Shown: positions 37,614 through 48,225, counted from the first letter of the stretch. The stretch: 64,000 nt of DNA from an uncultured Gammaproteobacteria bacterium (GCA_905478855.1 CAJQKF010000034.1:2633-66632), one strand, 5' to 3'. Notes: generated by a model not told the origin, from the sequence alone. Made by a program: numbers and translations.

Positions 37614-38908
37614 GGGTGGGGTTTTAGGCGTTTTAGAATTTTGTCTAGGCTGTTAAGTAATATATCGGCATGTTCACAAGTAAACTGTAGGTTAGGTCGA
37701 ATCTTTAGAGTGTTGGAATGTATACCGAGAAAATTTAACAAAATACCTTCATTACGTAACTCATTTACTAGGCTTTTCGTATAGGCTGTTGCAGGTTGTT
37801 TGGTGTGTCGATCTAGCACAATTTCTGCACCAAACAGCATGCCGGAACCTCGCACGTCTCCAATACATTCATGCTCTAACGCTAATTCTTTGAGCCCGCT
37901 ACGAGCATAGTTGCCTACATCAAGCGCCTGTTTCATTAGGGCTTCTTCGTCTAGTACTTCAAGCACTGCCTCGGCTGCTGCACAGGAAACTGGGTTGCCG
38001 CCAAAGGTGTTGAAGTAACGGAATGAGTCACGAAATGCGGTCATAATGTCCATACTTGTTACGACACCCCCAACTGGGTGACCATTGCCCATTGGCTTAC
38101 CTAGAGTAACTATGTCCGGCTGTATTCCCGCTCTTTGATGTCCCCACATATGAGAGCCAAGGCGACCAAAACCAGGTTGCACCTCATCCGCTATAATTAA
38201 GCCACCCGCCTTACGAACAACTTTTTCCGTTAGTTCCAGGAACTGATTATGAAGATTGGGGAACCCTTCATTAACGAAATAGGGGCATACAATTAACGCT
38301 GAAAACCCGTGTTCGGTGTTCTCTAGTTCGTCAATGCTACGTTGAACTTCTTCTGCAAAAGCGCGGGCATGGGCGATACCACTTTCGCCGCCGAGAGGTC
38401 GGTAGCTATCTGGCGCTGGTACGTGACGGACATTACTGCAATCGCCTGTTTTAGGTGCATTTGTGCGTGAAAGTTTAGCAACTGCGGTGGTATTCCCATG
38501 GTAGGTATGGTCTGTTGCAATAACACCGCATTTTCCCGTTATGGTTTCACACATTCTAAGGGCGATATCGTTAGCCTCAGACCCGGTGCAGGTCATAATT
38601 GCTGTAGATAAATGATCGTCAAATGTGTTCGTTAGCTTTTCTACATATCGTACGATACCTTCATGCAGATAGCGGGTGTGGGTGTTGAGGGTAGCAGCCT
38701 GCCTCGATATGGCGTCAACAACTTTCGCGTGACAATGACCGACATGAGGAACGTTGTTATAGCAGTCTAGATATTTACGACCGTTAACATCCCAAACCCA
38801 GACCCCATCTCCCTTGATAAGATGTATCGGATCATCGTAAAAAGTAGGGACATTGGGACCCAGTAAACGTGCGCGGTCGGCAATAATTAACTCATCGGAT
38901 CGATTCAT
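37610..38908 (-). CDS. class III aminotransferase of the AGXT2L phospho-lyase type
   Basis: YNNVPHVGHCHAKV..LNTHTRY, TGSEANDIALRM, ADEVQPGFGRLG and TLGKPMGNGHPVG. Paralog of the C-terminal half of 16416-18779. Confidence 0.8.
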   Translation of the reverse strand: MNRSDELIIADRARLLGPNVPTFYDDPIHLIKGDGVWVWDVNGRKYLDCYNNVPHVGHCHAKVVDAISRQAATLNTHTRYLHEGIVRYVEKLTNTFDDHLSTAIMTCTGSEANDIALRMCETITGKCGVIATDHTYHGNTTAVAKLSRTNAPKTGDCSNVRHVPAPDSYRPLGGESGIAHARAFAEEVQRSIDELENTEHGFSALIVCPYFVNEGFPNLHNQFLELTEKVVRKAGGLIIADEVQPGFGRLGSHMWGHQRAGIQPDIVTLGKPMGNGHPVGGVVTSMDIMTAFRDSFRYFNTFGGNPVSCAAAEAVLEVLDEEALMKQALDVGNYARSGLKELALEHECIGDVRGSGMLFGAEIVLDRHTKQPATAYTKSLVNELRNEGILLNFLGIHSNTLKIRPNLQFTCEHADILLNSLDKILKRLKPHP

Positions 38909-38994
38909 ATTCGATGCTTATTTCCTTGAATAAAACTTACCCTTTGGAACAATCTGTGAATGTCGACATTAGCGTATATAAACCGATGATAGGT

Positions 38995-39492
38995 TTAGTC
39001 GGTGGTTCTTGTGCTCTGAAACAACAACGGTTTCACGAGCATGATATTACCGTCTACACCGACGATTTCGCACATCTCCCCTGATTTTATGGACTCAATC
39101 GTGTTTCCTGATGCCAGTCTGCTTTGCCAATTTAGGCCCGAGTATCGAATACTACCTTCATAAGCGGTTATCGTCTGGCTAACCGCTACTCGCTTGCCAA
39201 TCATGTCGCTGCTGGTATCGGATCCACCGCCCGAGTTCTGGAAGCGCTTTAACGGTTTCCATAAAAGCAATGCAGTAATTGCCGTAATAACGCCAAGCGC
39301 AAGAGCCTCCCATTCCCAGCCAGAGATTGCACCGAAACTTACTAGCAGACCGGTTATTAAACTGGCAATGGCGAAAAATAACAACGGTCCACCTAAACCC
39401 ATTACCGTTAGCTCTAATAAAAAACTAGTGGCTGCTATTAAATAGTAGAGAATATCGTGGTTATCGATAAGATGTTGAATGATATCCATCAT
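38995..39492 (-). CDS. NfeD family membrane protein
   Basis: Hydrophobic N-terminal half plus a C-terminal OB-like segment (G..V.V........G.I...G..W.A.......I..G....IV.VDG..L.VKP). Sits immediately downstream of the SPFH gene. Confidence 0.75.
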   Translation of the reverse strand: MMDIIQHLIDNHDILYYLIAATSFLLELTVMGLGGPLLFFAIASLITGLLVSFGAISGWEWEALALGVITAITALLLWKPLKRFQNSGGGSDTSSDMIGKRVAVSQTITAYEGSIRYSGLNWQSRLASGNTIESIKSGEMCEIVGVDGNIMLVKPLLFQSTRTTD

Positions 39493-39499
39493 GCTAGTT

Positions 39500-40483
39500 T
39501 TATTCAGATGGTACGGGTAGTTTTAGGCTGCTTGAGACTGCAATCGCCTGGGCCACAGTGTTTGCAATATTGTCATTGGTTTTGCCATCAGTTAAAACAA
39601 TTGTGCTTTCCGCAGCAATTTGACGATGAGCCGCTATGCCTTGTTCCGCAAGCCTTAGCGTTACAGCTGATTGTCCTTCCTCTGTGTTTGAGGCGTTACC
39701 AATTGTGGTTAATGCCGCTGCTTCGGCTTCAGCAATGAGTCGGATGGCTTCGGCTTTACCTGTTGCTTCGAGTATCTGGGAATCTTTGAGGGCTTCGGCG
39801 GCTAGAACCTGCTCAGCTTTGGCTCCCTCTGCATCAAGAACCCTGGCGGCTTTAAGGCCTTCGGCCTGTGTGATGGCAGCAGTTTTGACGCCTTCTGCGG
39901 TAAGAATAACAGAGCGTTTCTCACGTTCCGCGGTCATTTGTTTTTCCATGTCTTCACGAATCGATTGCGGAGGTGCAATATCCCGTATTTCATATCGTGT
40001 AACCATTACGCCCCAAGGCTGGGTGGCTTCTGTCATGGCTTTTAGAATGGTTGCATTTATAGCATCACGACTTTGAAAGCATTCATCAAGTTCCATGGAG
40101 CCAATAGCGTTACGCATGGTTGTCATCGCTAATTGAGTAACCGCCATTTTATAATCTGTAACGTTATTTGTGGCGGCTCCCGCATCCGTTACTTTCATGA
40201 AAAGTATGCCATCGATTTCAAGCGTTATGTTATCTCTTGTAATAGCTGACTGAGATGAAATCTCAAGAGACTGTTCTTTTAAATTTCGGTCTGCTACAAC
40301 GCTTTGTACATAGGGAATTATAAAATTCAGACCTGCACTGAGGGTTTTGTCGTATTTACCAAAAGTGTAAACAACATAACCTCTGTTTTGTGGTACGAAA
40401 TGAATACCCTTTTTGAGTGTGTAAAGTATTACTAATGTTATCCAAAGCATCGGGCTGGTGAATAAACTTGCAATTGTTTCCAT
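39500..40483 (-). CDS. SPFH/band-7 (stomatin/paraslipin-like) protein
   Basis: VPQN.GYVVYTFGKY..TL.AGLNFIIPYV, TRDN..L..D......V.D and an Ala/Glu-rich coiled C-terminus. ATG 40483 is preferred over the TTG at 40492. Confidence 0.85.
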   Translation of the reverse strand: METIASLFTSPMLWITLVILYTLKKGIHFVPQNRGYVVYTFGKYDKTLSAGLNFIIPYVQSVVADRNLKEQSLEISSQSAITRDNITLEIDGILFMKVTDAGAATNNVTDYKMAVTQLAMTTMRNAIGSMELDECFQSRDAINATILKAMTEATQPWGVMVTRYEIRDIAPPQSIREDMEKQMTAEREKRSVILTAEGVKTAAITQAEGLKAARVLDAEGAKAEQVLAAEALKDSQILEATGKAEAIRLIAEAEAAALTTIGNASNTEEGQSAVTLRLAEQGIAAHRQIAAESTIVLTDGKTNDNIANTVAQAIAVSSSLKLPVPSE

Positions 40484-40928
40484 GTCAATCAATTTTTGTC
40501 TGCCTGTTGAAGATATTGCTATAGTACTCGAACTACCGCTAATTAGGGGTATTCTTTACTCGAAAAAGTCATGTTAAAGAGCCGGTAGTTCATAAAAATA
40601 ATACGCGATAACGGACGATTCTGTTTAAATATTCCGTTGTAAGCGGGTGATTATTGTGTGGGTTTTGGTTATGAACAGGCAGGCTAAAAGGCGTCGAAAA
40701 ATCCAACGAGCCGAACTATGGTCGGCTCCCCAGCGAAAAAATAATAGCTAATTATTCATGCCTGAGTTCCCTCAAAGCGCTAATCTATCATTAGAGATGT
40801 TTTGTCTGTCGATATAGTTCCGTATGTTACAAAGAGAATATTAGCGACTCGGAATCAAACTGAATATGGCAATGCCTACAGGCAAATCCTATGTGTGTAA
40901 AAGGCTGAATTGAAAAATACTACACTAA

Positions 40929-41822
40929 TTAGTACAGTCTGAAGAAGACAGTATTTTTATCAGCTTTGGTTATATCCGCGCATTCGGCCATATTTTTTTC
41001 AACAAGAAAAATTGCGCCCGCTAGAATAGACTGACCGGCAGCTGGCCAGAGTTCGAGTGGAAGTTCTGGATAAAGTTGTTCGATAAGATTCGTTGCAGAT
41101 GCGGGTTCTTCACCCAGCGTTCTCATGAGTTGTTCTTCCCTCATGGCTCTATGTTCGAGAAGGGATAGAATCCATTCTCGGGGGTTAGTAATGGGGCTGC
41201 CATGAGTTGGCCAAAATGTATAGTCATCAAACGCTCTTAACGACTGCAAACTCCGAATGTATTGACCCATGTTTCCATCTGGTGGAAGGACAACGGTTGT
41301 GGACCAACCCATTATATGATCTCCGCAAAATATGCGCCCATGCGTATCATCACGAAAACAAAAATGGTCGGAAGTATGACCAGGCGTGTGCATGGCGATT
41401 AGATGATAATTGTCAATCTCGATATTTGAATTGTCATTTAGTTTTCTATATTTTTGCTTTAATCGAACAGTTGGGCTGTCCCCCAAATTATGCAATGGAA
41501 GCGCTTTGGGGGCATCACCGGCCCAAATGGTCGCATTAAATTGACTTGCACAGGCCGAAGCTAGGCCCGCGTGATCTTCGTGACGGTGTGTGAGTAGAAT
41601 GTTTTGCACTGGATGGTTATTTACACTTTCGCTAAGCGCGTTTAAGTGGGTTCTTAGATCCGGACCAGGGTCGATTATGGATAGTTCTTGTTGCCCAACT
41701 ATATAAGTACCGGTGCCATGAAAAGTGAATGGACCCGGGTTTTGCGCAGTGATGCGGCGAAGACCAGGTGCTACTTTTTCGGCAACACAGTATTTGAAGC
41801 TATGGTTCCGGTTAAATTTCAA
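40929..41822 (-). CDS. MBL-fold metallo-hydrolase
   Basis: LLTHRHEDHAG (HxHxDH) plus downstream HTPGHTSDH. Confidence 0.8.
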   Translation of the reverse strand: MKFNRNHSFKYCVAEKVAPGLRRITAQNPGPFTFHGTGTYIVGQQELSIIDPGPDLRTHLNALSESVNNHPVQNILLTHRHEDHAGLASACASQFNATIWAGDAPKALPLHNLGDSPTVRLKQKYRKLNDNSNIEIDNYHLIAMHTPGHTSDHFCFRDDTHGRIFCGDHIMGWSTTVVLPPDGNMGQYIRSLQSLRAFDDYTFWPTHGSPITNPREWILSLLEHRAMREEQLMRTLGEEPASATNLIEQLYPELPLELWPAAGQSILAGAIFLVEKNMAECADITKADKNTVFFRLY

Positions 41823-42553
41823 GTGGTTTCTTCGTCATTTGCCCGTAAAGCCCAGCTCGGGTTTGTGGTATCAAAATGTTCAAGCGGTTTGAAATTGATT
41901 TTGTAAGACATTTTATTGCAGGACTCTATCCAGTAACCTAGATAAACGAAGGAGAGGTTTTCCTGTTTCGCATAGTCAAGTTGTTTCAATATGGAAAATG
42001 TACCGAGACTTCTTTTGTTTAGCAGGGGATCAAAGAAGCTGTAAATGGCTGAAATACCGTTGTTGATTCGGTCCATAATGGAAACACCAATAAGTGTTTC
42101 ATTTAATCTAAACTCCATGAAATACGACTCAACGTTTGAATCTACCAAAAAACGTATATATTTTTCGGGATCGGGATCATCCATACTATCCCCAGTATGA
42201 CGCAAAGCTTGATATTTTTGGTACAACTCAAAATGCTCTGTGGAGAAGAATGGCTTTGTGATCGAGATGTTTACGTCACTGTTACGCCGTAATGTTCTTT
42301 TTTGACTGCGGGTAGGTGCAAATTGCAATACCGGCAGTCGAACAGACTCGCACGCGCGGCAGCTTTTGCAATATGGACGATAAAATAGTTGTCCGTTTCT
42401 GCGGAAACCATTCATCAGCAATTTACTGTACAGGTCGATATCGACAGTAAAGTTTGGATCAATAATCAAATTTGTTGCAGATGCGTCTGGCAAGTATGGG
42501 CAAACATGCGGGGCGGTTTGAAACAGTGATGGGAATTCTAGATCGCGGCTCAT
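41819..42553 (-). CDS. bpt: arginyl-tRNA-protein transferase family (aspartate/glutamate leucyltransferase, Bpt)
   Basis: CPYLPD......ID.......Y..L...GFRR.G...YRP.C..C.AC...R contains the ATE N-terminal Cys motif. Overlaps aat. Confidence 0.85.
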   Translation of the reverse strand: MSRDLEFPSLFQTAPHVCPYLPDASATNLIIDPNFTVDIDLYSKLLMNGFRRNGQLFYRPYCKSCRACESVRLPVLQFAPTRSQKRTLRRNSDVNISITKPFFSTEHFELYQKYQALRHTGDSMDDPDPEKYIRFLVDSNVESYFMEFRLNETLIGVSIMDRINNGISAIYSFFDPLLNKRSLGTFSILKQLDYAKQENLSFVYLGYWIESCNKMSYKINFKPLEHFDTTNPSWALRANDEETT

Positions 42554-43254
42554 GAGGCATAGTCCAGTAAAGTGTCGCAGTAATTCCAGTTTTCCGGAGA
42601 TTTATAAGGTCGAGTGTCCCGTTCAAGAAATTTAATGAAATTTTCCCTAGGTATAGTGCGGGCTCCCATTGAGTTCAGGTGGCTTGACTCCATTTGGCAA
42701 TCCAGTATCTGTATTCGATTTATTTTCATTAGGCCTATAAGAACAATCAATGCGTATTTTGAGCTGTTAGGCTCCAAACTAAACATACTTTCACCAAAGA
42801 ATACGTGTCCTATTGAAATCCCGTAAAGTCCACCGACCAATTCTCCTTCGAGCCAGACTTCAACACTGTGTGCAAAACCGAGCTTGTGCAATTTTGAATA
42901 AGCGGAAATCATATCCGATGTGATCCAGGTCCCTGTTTGCGGGTCATTTCGTCGGAGTGAACATTCTATTATTGTCTGTTCAAACGCACTGTCAATGGTT
43001 ACATCAAATTGACGGCGACGAATCATTTTGCGCATGTTTTTACTGATATGTAATTCATCCGGAAATAAAATGGCCCGAGGGTCGGGCGACCACCACATTA
43101 TTGGTTGGTTCTCATTGAACCATGGAAATATTCCGTGCGAATAGGCATCTATTAATGTACTGCTCGTCAAATCACCACCGATTGCAATAAGGTCGTCGTC
43201 AGATGCTGAATGTACTGGCGGGAATATTGAAGTCGCAGTGTTATCGATGTTCAT
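42550..43254 (-). CDS. aat: leucyl/phenylalanyl-tRNA-protein transferase
   Basis: GGDL....L..AY..GIFPWF......WWSPDPR and GGLYG...G..FFGESMF motifs. Confidence 0.9.
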   Translation of the reverse strand: MNIDNTATSIFPPVHSASDDDLIAIGGDLTSSTLIDAYSHGIFPWFNENQPIMWWSPDPRAILFPDELHISKNMRKMIRRRQFDVTIDSAFEQTIIECSLRRNDPQTGTWITSDMISAYSKLHKLGFAHSVEVWLEGELVGGLYGISIGHVFFGESMFSLEPNSSKYALIVLIGLMKINRIQILDCQMESSHLNSMGARTIPRENFIKFLERDTRPYKSPENWNYCDTLLDYAS

Positions 43255-43277
43255 CTTATACTATCGTAACAACAGCG

Positions 43278-44471
43278 CTATTTTGCAGAATCTGCATCAT
43301 CAAAAGTGAGCGTGTTTTTACGAAACGGAATTGACTGATCCAAATGGGCAGTAAACCGTTCCTGAGCTGTCCGTTCTTTGCTAAGAAATTGTTGCACAGC
43401 GTCGTTAAATCCTTCATGGGCAAGCCAATGTGCAGAGTAAGTTGGAGTGGGCGTTAACCCACGGCTTAACTTGTGTATTCCCTGCGCCCCGGCCTCAAAA
43501 GTTGTGAGGCCCTGTTTAATGGCAAATTCGATAGGTTGATAATAACAAGCCTCAAAGTGCATGTTAGAAAAAAATCGTGTACTCCCCCAATATCGACCGT
43601 ATAGTGTGCTTGAACTAGCAAAGTACAACGCACTACAGACTAGGTTTTGATCTTGCTTACCTTGTAGTAACATCACTTGAGAACCAAGATAAGCGGGTAA
43701 CTGGAGAAAAAAATCTTCTTTTAGATATGGCATACCACCATGGTCACCAATTGTGCGCAGATACATTTGGTACATTTGTCGCCAATCGTCTTCGCTCGCT
43801 TCATCTCCAATAAGCCATTGGAAGGTCAGGTTTTGTTCCTCTATCCGCCTGCGCTCTTGTCTAATATTTTTGCGTTTTTTTGACGTGAAAGCGTTGAGAA
43901 AATCATTGAAATTCTGGTAACCGTTGTTGTGCCAATGAAATTGATTGTCAACGCGGTTGGCGAAACTAGCCTGAGAAAAAGCCTCTTGTTCTTCTTTATT
44001 GAGGAATAGTGCATGTATGGAGGAAATTTCACGGCTGCTGCATAAGTCTTTAAATTGATCTAGAAAAATAGATCCTACGCGTGGTAGATCTTCATTCAGA
44101 CACAAAATTTTTCGACAACTGGCTGGAGTAAACGGAATGGCACAAAGCAATTTAGGATAGTAGTTAAGTCCATGCTCCTGATAAGCTTGCGCCCACCCCC
44201 AGTCGAATACATATTCGCCATAGGAGTGATGTTTAATATATAGCGGAATAGCGCCTATGAGCTTTTGTGAATCTGCCTCCCGTAATGTTGCATGAAGCGG
44301 CTCCCAGCCAGTATCTTGGCCTACACATCCTGTGTCTTCGAGTAGTTTTAAAAAACGATAGCTTATGAAAGGCGAATCACTGGATGACAGCAGTGAACTC
44401 CACTCTGCTTCATCAATACCGCTTATTTTCGAGTTGAATGTCAACTCCAGTTTTTTAGTATTATTTAGCAT
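43278..44471 (-). CDS. GNAT-fold acyltransferase of the DUF482/COG3146 (FemAB-like) family
   Basis: 397 aa. W..L......PF....FL..LE..G.V....GW.P.H and KKRK.IRQERRR are typical of this family, from memory. Confidence 0.6.
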   Translation of the reverse strand: MLNNTKKLELTFNSKISGIDEAEWSSLLSSSDSPFISYRFLKLLEDTGCVGQDTGWEPLHATLREADSQKLIGAIPLYIKHHSYGEYVFDWGWAQAYQEHGLNYYPKLLCAIPFTPASCRKILCLNEDLPRVGSIFLDQFKDLCSSREISSIHALFLNKEEQEAFSQASFANRVDNQFHWHNNGYQNFNDFLNAFTSKKRKNIRQERRRIEEQNLTFQWLIGDEASEDDWRQMYQMYLRTIGDHGGMPYLKEDFFLQLPAYLGSQVMLLQGKQDQNLVCSALYFASSSTLYGRYWGSTRFFSNMHFEACYYQPIEFAIKQGLTTFEAGAQGIHKLSRGLTPTPTYSAHWLAHEGFNDAVQQFLSKERTAQERFTAHLDQSIPFRKNTLTFDDADSAK

Positions 44472-44501
44472 AATCCGCGAATTGCGGGTGTTCCACGATG
44501 A

Positions 44502-45269
44502 CTAAAGTTGTCGTAAGTAATCGCTTTGGGGAAAGTTATGACGCAAAATTCGAACAGTATCGGCCATTAGATCGGTTATTCCCATCTCTCTATAGGCAAT
44601 TGCCATTAAACCTAAAGCGTCCTCAACGGCAGGTGTTCGATCATATTCTTTAAGTATGTTCTTTGTGCGATTTACGACAGCCACATACGCGCCACGGGAC
44701 AGATAATAACGCGCAACACTAATATCGTGCTTTGCCAGCACGTTAATAAGATGAACCATGCGTTTTCTAGAATCTTCAGTGTAGGGGCTTTGCGGGTATC
44801 TAGTTACGACCTCTTTAAAAGTGCTGTAAGCAATTCTCGCAGGGTTCGGGTCTCTGTTTGATAAATCGTTAGTACCCGAAATCTGCGCCATAATCCCAGA
44901 TTGTTCTCTATAGCTGGCAATGCCTTTAAGGTAATAGGCATAGTCAACTCGAGTATGTGTTGGGTGCAGACGAATAAATCGTTCAGCAGCGGCAACGGCG
45001 AGCTCAGGCTCGTTAAATTTATGATACGCGTAAGCTACTTCTAGTTGCGCTTGTTCTGCGACTATCCCGTAGGGAAACCTTGACTCAAGTTTCTTATATA
45101 AATCAATAGCGGCCTCATAGCGATCTTCATTTAGTTCCTCTCGCGCGAGCTCTAAAATACCGTCAGCCGGTAGAGTTTTTGTTGGATCTTCGACGGGTGG
45201 TGTGCCGCAGGATGCCAGAATAACAGCGATTAATCCGAGGATTAAATATTTTGCGAAAAATATGCCCAT
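44502..45269 (-). CDS. bamD: outer membrane protein assembly factor BamD
   Basis: Lipoprotein signal (LILGLIAVILASCG), TPR-like repeats, and ..RFPYG..AEQAQLEVAYAYHK.. . Divergent from rluD as in E. coli. Confidence 0.9.
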   Translation of the reverse strand: MGIFFAKYLILGLIAVILASCGTPPVEDPTKTLPADGILELAREELNEDRYEAAIDLYKKLESRFPYGIVAEQAQLEVAYAYHKFNEPELAVAAAERFIRLHPTHTRVDYAYYLKGIASYREQSGIMAQISGTNDLSNRDPNPARIAYSTFKEVVTRYPQSPYTEDSRKRMVHLINVLAKHDISVARYYLSRGAYVAVVNRTKNILKEYDRTPAVEDALGLMAIAYREMGITDLMADTVRILRHNFPQSDYLRQL

Positions 45270-45407
45270 TAAAATAAATCTTTTTATAATTCAAGTATGA
45301 TGTGAATAAGGATTTTTAGCTTGCCGAGAAGTCTGCATGAAATTGAATGTCATGTCACGCTGCTTTCTTTGTTTACTGGATCTATATGATTAGCTAGGCC
45401 ACAAAAA

Positions 45408-46358
45408 TTGACTGACTCAGAACAATCTATACGTCTTATTGTACCGGAAGAATGCGCAGGATCACGCCTTGATCAGGCAATTAGTATAATAATGCCTGAA
45501 TATTCACGCTCGCGGATACAAAATTTAATAAAATCTGGGCATATACTTGTCAACGGAAGTCCATCGAGTCAAAAAAACAAGGTACTCGGAGGAGAAAGTA
45601 TATCTGTTGATATCCCAGCAGTTGAAGTACGGGAAGATCAAGCAGAGCCAATTCCACTCACTATTGTGTACGAAGACGAAAATTTACTTGTGGTCGACAA
45701 ACCTGCGGGTCTAGTTGTTCACCCCGGGGCTGGGAATCCTAGAGGAACACTGATGAATGCGCTACTTTATTATGACAAAGCATTGTTCGCTTTGCCTCGT
45801 GCGGGAATTGTGCATCGTTTAGATAAAGATACCAGCGGTTTAATGGTTGTTGCCCGAACGGAATTCGCAAGGCAATATTTAATCGATGCGATCAAATTGC
45901 GAAATGTAAAACGACACTATTTTGCTGTTGTTCAGGGCACTTTGCCTCGTTCAGGAAGTGTTGATGAGCCTGTGGGACGCCATCATCATAATCGTTTAAA
46001 AATGGCTGTTGTAAGTAACGGCAAACCTGCATTAAGCCACTACCGTCTCCTTGAAAAACTAAATGGCTACTCTTTGTGCGAAGTCAGGCTTGAAACAGGT
46101 AGAACACATCAGATTAGGGTTCACATGAGTCATCTGGGTTTTCCCTTGTTGGGCGATCCATTGTATTCGGGACGAGCAAAAATGCCGGCAGGTTTATCAG
46201 AAGAGGCTCGAGCAATGGTTTTGAATTTTCCACGTCAGGCGCTACACGCATTTAAGTTGGAATTTAGTCATCCAATCAGTCATGATACATTATCATTGGA
46301 TAGCAAACTGCCGATTGATATTGAAGCTGTAATTCACTCTCTTAAAATGGTCGCCTAG
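45408..46358 (+). CDS. rluD: 23S rRNA pseudouridine synthase RluD
   Basis: S4 domain (RLDQA........SR..IQ.LIK.G.ILVNG), HRLDKDTSGLMVVA and GRTHQIRVHM motifs. TTG start. Confidence 0.9.
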   Translation: MTDSEQSIRLIVPEECAGSRLDQAISIIMPEYSRSRIQNLIKSGHILVNGSPSSQKNKVLGGESISVDIPAVEVREDQAEPIPLTIVYEDENLLVVDKPAGLVVHPGAGNPRGTLMNALLYYDKALFALPRAGIVHRLDKDTSGLMVVARTEFARQYLIDAIKLRNVKRHYFAVVQGTLPRSGSVDEPVGRHHHNRLKMAVVSNGKPALSHYRLLEKLNGYSLCEVRLETGRTHQIRVHMSHLGFPLLGDPLYSGRAKMPAGLSEEARAMVLNFPRQALHAFKLEFSHPISHDTLSLDSKLPIDIEAVIHSLKMVA

Positions 46359-46527
46359 GGCTTCTAGTATGCAGAAGCTCAAGACTTGTTAATTACAGGT
46401 ACGAGTGAGTATAGTTTTCTTGATGTTAATCGACTTTGGCTAGCGCTATTATTCCCAGTGCGAAAAAGTATAGATTGCTGGTGTTGCGAATAGAAATTAA
46501 ATCGATTGTTACAAAGGGGCTGGTATT

Positions 46528-48099
46528 GTGACTGAAAATGTTTGGAATCTGGTAAGTAATAAACTGATAAGCGGGCCAGATCAGGCGGCGTGGATATGCA
46601 GAGTAGGGGGTGGTAAAGAAAGAGTGCTTTCTTATTCACAAATCTATAAAGCGGTTTTGAATTTAGCCGCGAGCCTTCGCCAGCAAGGTATAACTGCAGG
46701 AGATAAAGTTGGTGTTATGGCCCCTAATGGGCCTGAATGGACCGTCGCGGCATTTGCAATATGGAAGCTTGGCGCCATATTGGTTCCCATTCACTCAGGC
46801 AATAGTGATGAGGAAATTCGTGAGCAAGTAAGTGCTACAGCGCCTAAAATCGTGCTTTCTCATCAACGGGCTTGCACTGATATCGATGAGCCTATTTCGC
46901 TACAGTTCGATGAAATTGTGGACGAAGATGAATCATCGATTCTATCTCCAACGAGCGGATCAGACGAAGCCGCTTTGATATACACGTCGGGTAGCACCGG
47001 TAACCCGAAAATTGTTCGACTTTCGCACAAAAATTTAGTGTCAAATGTGATCGGCGCGTCCAAATTTGCTGATCTTACTCGTGATGATCGTATATTGTCG
47101 CTCCTGCCATTTTCTCACGCAATGGGTTTAACGGGAAATCTGTTGCTCTGTTTTTATGTGAGAGCAACGTTAGTTGCCCCAAAAGCGTTGGCCGCATTGG
47201 AGATAATGCGTGCAATGGAAGAAAATCAGATTTCAGTATTGATTGCAGTTCCGCGTTTGTTTAGAAATATTATGTTAGGTTTGGAAAAAAAGCTCGCAGA
47301 TTCCAGTCCTTTTCTTCGTGGTTATGTCTACCTACTTAAGGTCTTACCATTATTTATCCGCAAGCACGCTAATTTACCGATAAGGAAAAAATTTGGTGGC
47401 AACCTGAATTGTTGGGTCAGTGGTGGATCACGATTGGATCCGGAGATAAAACGTTACTTCTTGGGTTTAGGTATTTCGCTGCGCCAGGGTTATGGACTAA
47501 CCGAGACATCTCCGGCGGTTGCTATTCAAAGTCATTTTGATCCTGTCATGGACAGTGTGGGGAAGGTTATTGAAAATTGTGAAGTGAAAGTGGATTGTCC
47601 CGATGAAGACGGCAGTGGTGAAATCTGGATCAAAGGAGACAATATTATGCTTGGCTACACGAGTGAGAAATACACCAAGGAAGTGATGAATGGAGAATGG
47701 TTTAAAACCGGCGATATAGGGCGGATTGACGCGACGGGCAATATTACCTTAACCGGAAGAAGTAAACGATTAATAGTGACCGACAGTGGTAAAAATGTTT
47801 ATCCCGAGGATTTAGAAATACGACTGGAACGGGACTCAGCGGTTAAAGAAGCGGCTGTGCTGGAGCTAGATATGAAACCTGTTGCTATTTTTTCGATCGA
47901 TATGGCGCTGTTTGAAAATACTCAGGAACAGGAGGCCGAAATGCGTCGAGTATTAAAAGATTTCAATTCCCAGGTATCCTCACATAATAGAATTTCCAGA
48001 TTTGCATTGATCGAAGAGCTCCCGCGCACACCATTAGGCAAAATTGCATTGCACAAGCTGCCGGTATTTTTCTCTGAAAATGAGATTGTAAGAAATTAG
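46528..48099 (+). CDS. AMP-dependent synthetase/ligase (long-chain acyl-CoA synthetase-like)
   Basis: IYTSGSTGNPKIVRLSHKNL (AMP-binding motif), GYGLTETSP, and TGDIGRID..G.I.LTGRSK. GTG start. Confidence 0.85.
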   Translation: MTENVWNLVSNKLISGPDQAAWICRVGGGKERVLSYSQIYKAVLNLAASLRQQGITAGDKVGVMAPNGPEWTVAAFAIWKLGAILVPIHSGNSDEEIREQVSATAPKIVLSHQRACTDIDEPISLQFDEIVDEDESSILSPTSGSDEAALIYTSGSTGNPKIVRLSHKNLVSNVIGASKFADLTRDDRILSLLPFSHAMGLTGNLLLCFYVRATLVAPKALAALEIMRAMEENQISVLIAVPRLFRNIMLGLEKKLADSSPFLRGYVYLLKVLPLFIRKHANLPIRKKFGGNLNCWVSGGSRLDPEIKRYFLGLGISLRQGYGLTETSPAVAIQSHFDPVMDSVGKVIENCEVKVDCPDEDGSGEIWIKGDNIMLGYTSEKYTKEVMNGEWFKTGDIGRIDATGNITLTGRSKRLIVTDSGKNVYPEDLEIRLERDSAVKEAAVLELDMKPVAIFSIDMALFENTQEQEAEMRRVLKDFNSQVSSHNRISRFALIEELPRTPLGKIALHKLPVFFSENEIVRN

Positions 48100-48118
48100 C
48101 TTAGTTTTTATTCCCATA

Positions 48119-48146
48119 TTGAAAATAAGGTATTTGTCCCCAATAT
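48119..48146 (+). promoter_or_regulatory. sigma32 (heat-shock) type promoter of clpB
   Basis: TTGAAA (48119-48124), a 13-nt spacer, then CCCCAATAT (48138-48146). This matches the CTTGAAA-N13-15-CCCCATNT consensus and lies ~80 nt upstream of the clpB ATG. Confidence 0.65.
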
Positions 48147-48225
48147 TGTACTAATCATTGCTGGTTGTGAATTACACACGAATCACAGCGACAGCGAACT
48201 CTACTATTATCGGAGCATTTTTCTT

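Noticed and set aside
40671-40751. 26-codon basic ORF (MNRQAKRRRKIQRAELWSAPQRKNNS) in the 436-bp gap between the SPFH gene and the MBL hydrolase gene.
   Set aside because: It lies on the strand opposite to all neighbouring genes, lacks a clear Shine-Dalgarno and belongs to no recognisable family. It could be tested by ribosome profiling but is not supportable here.
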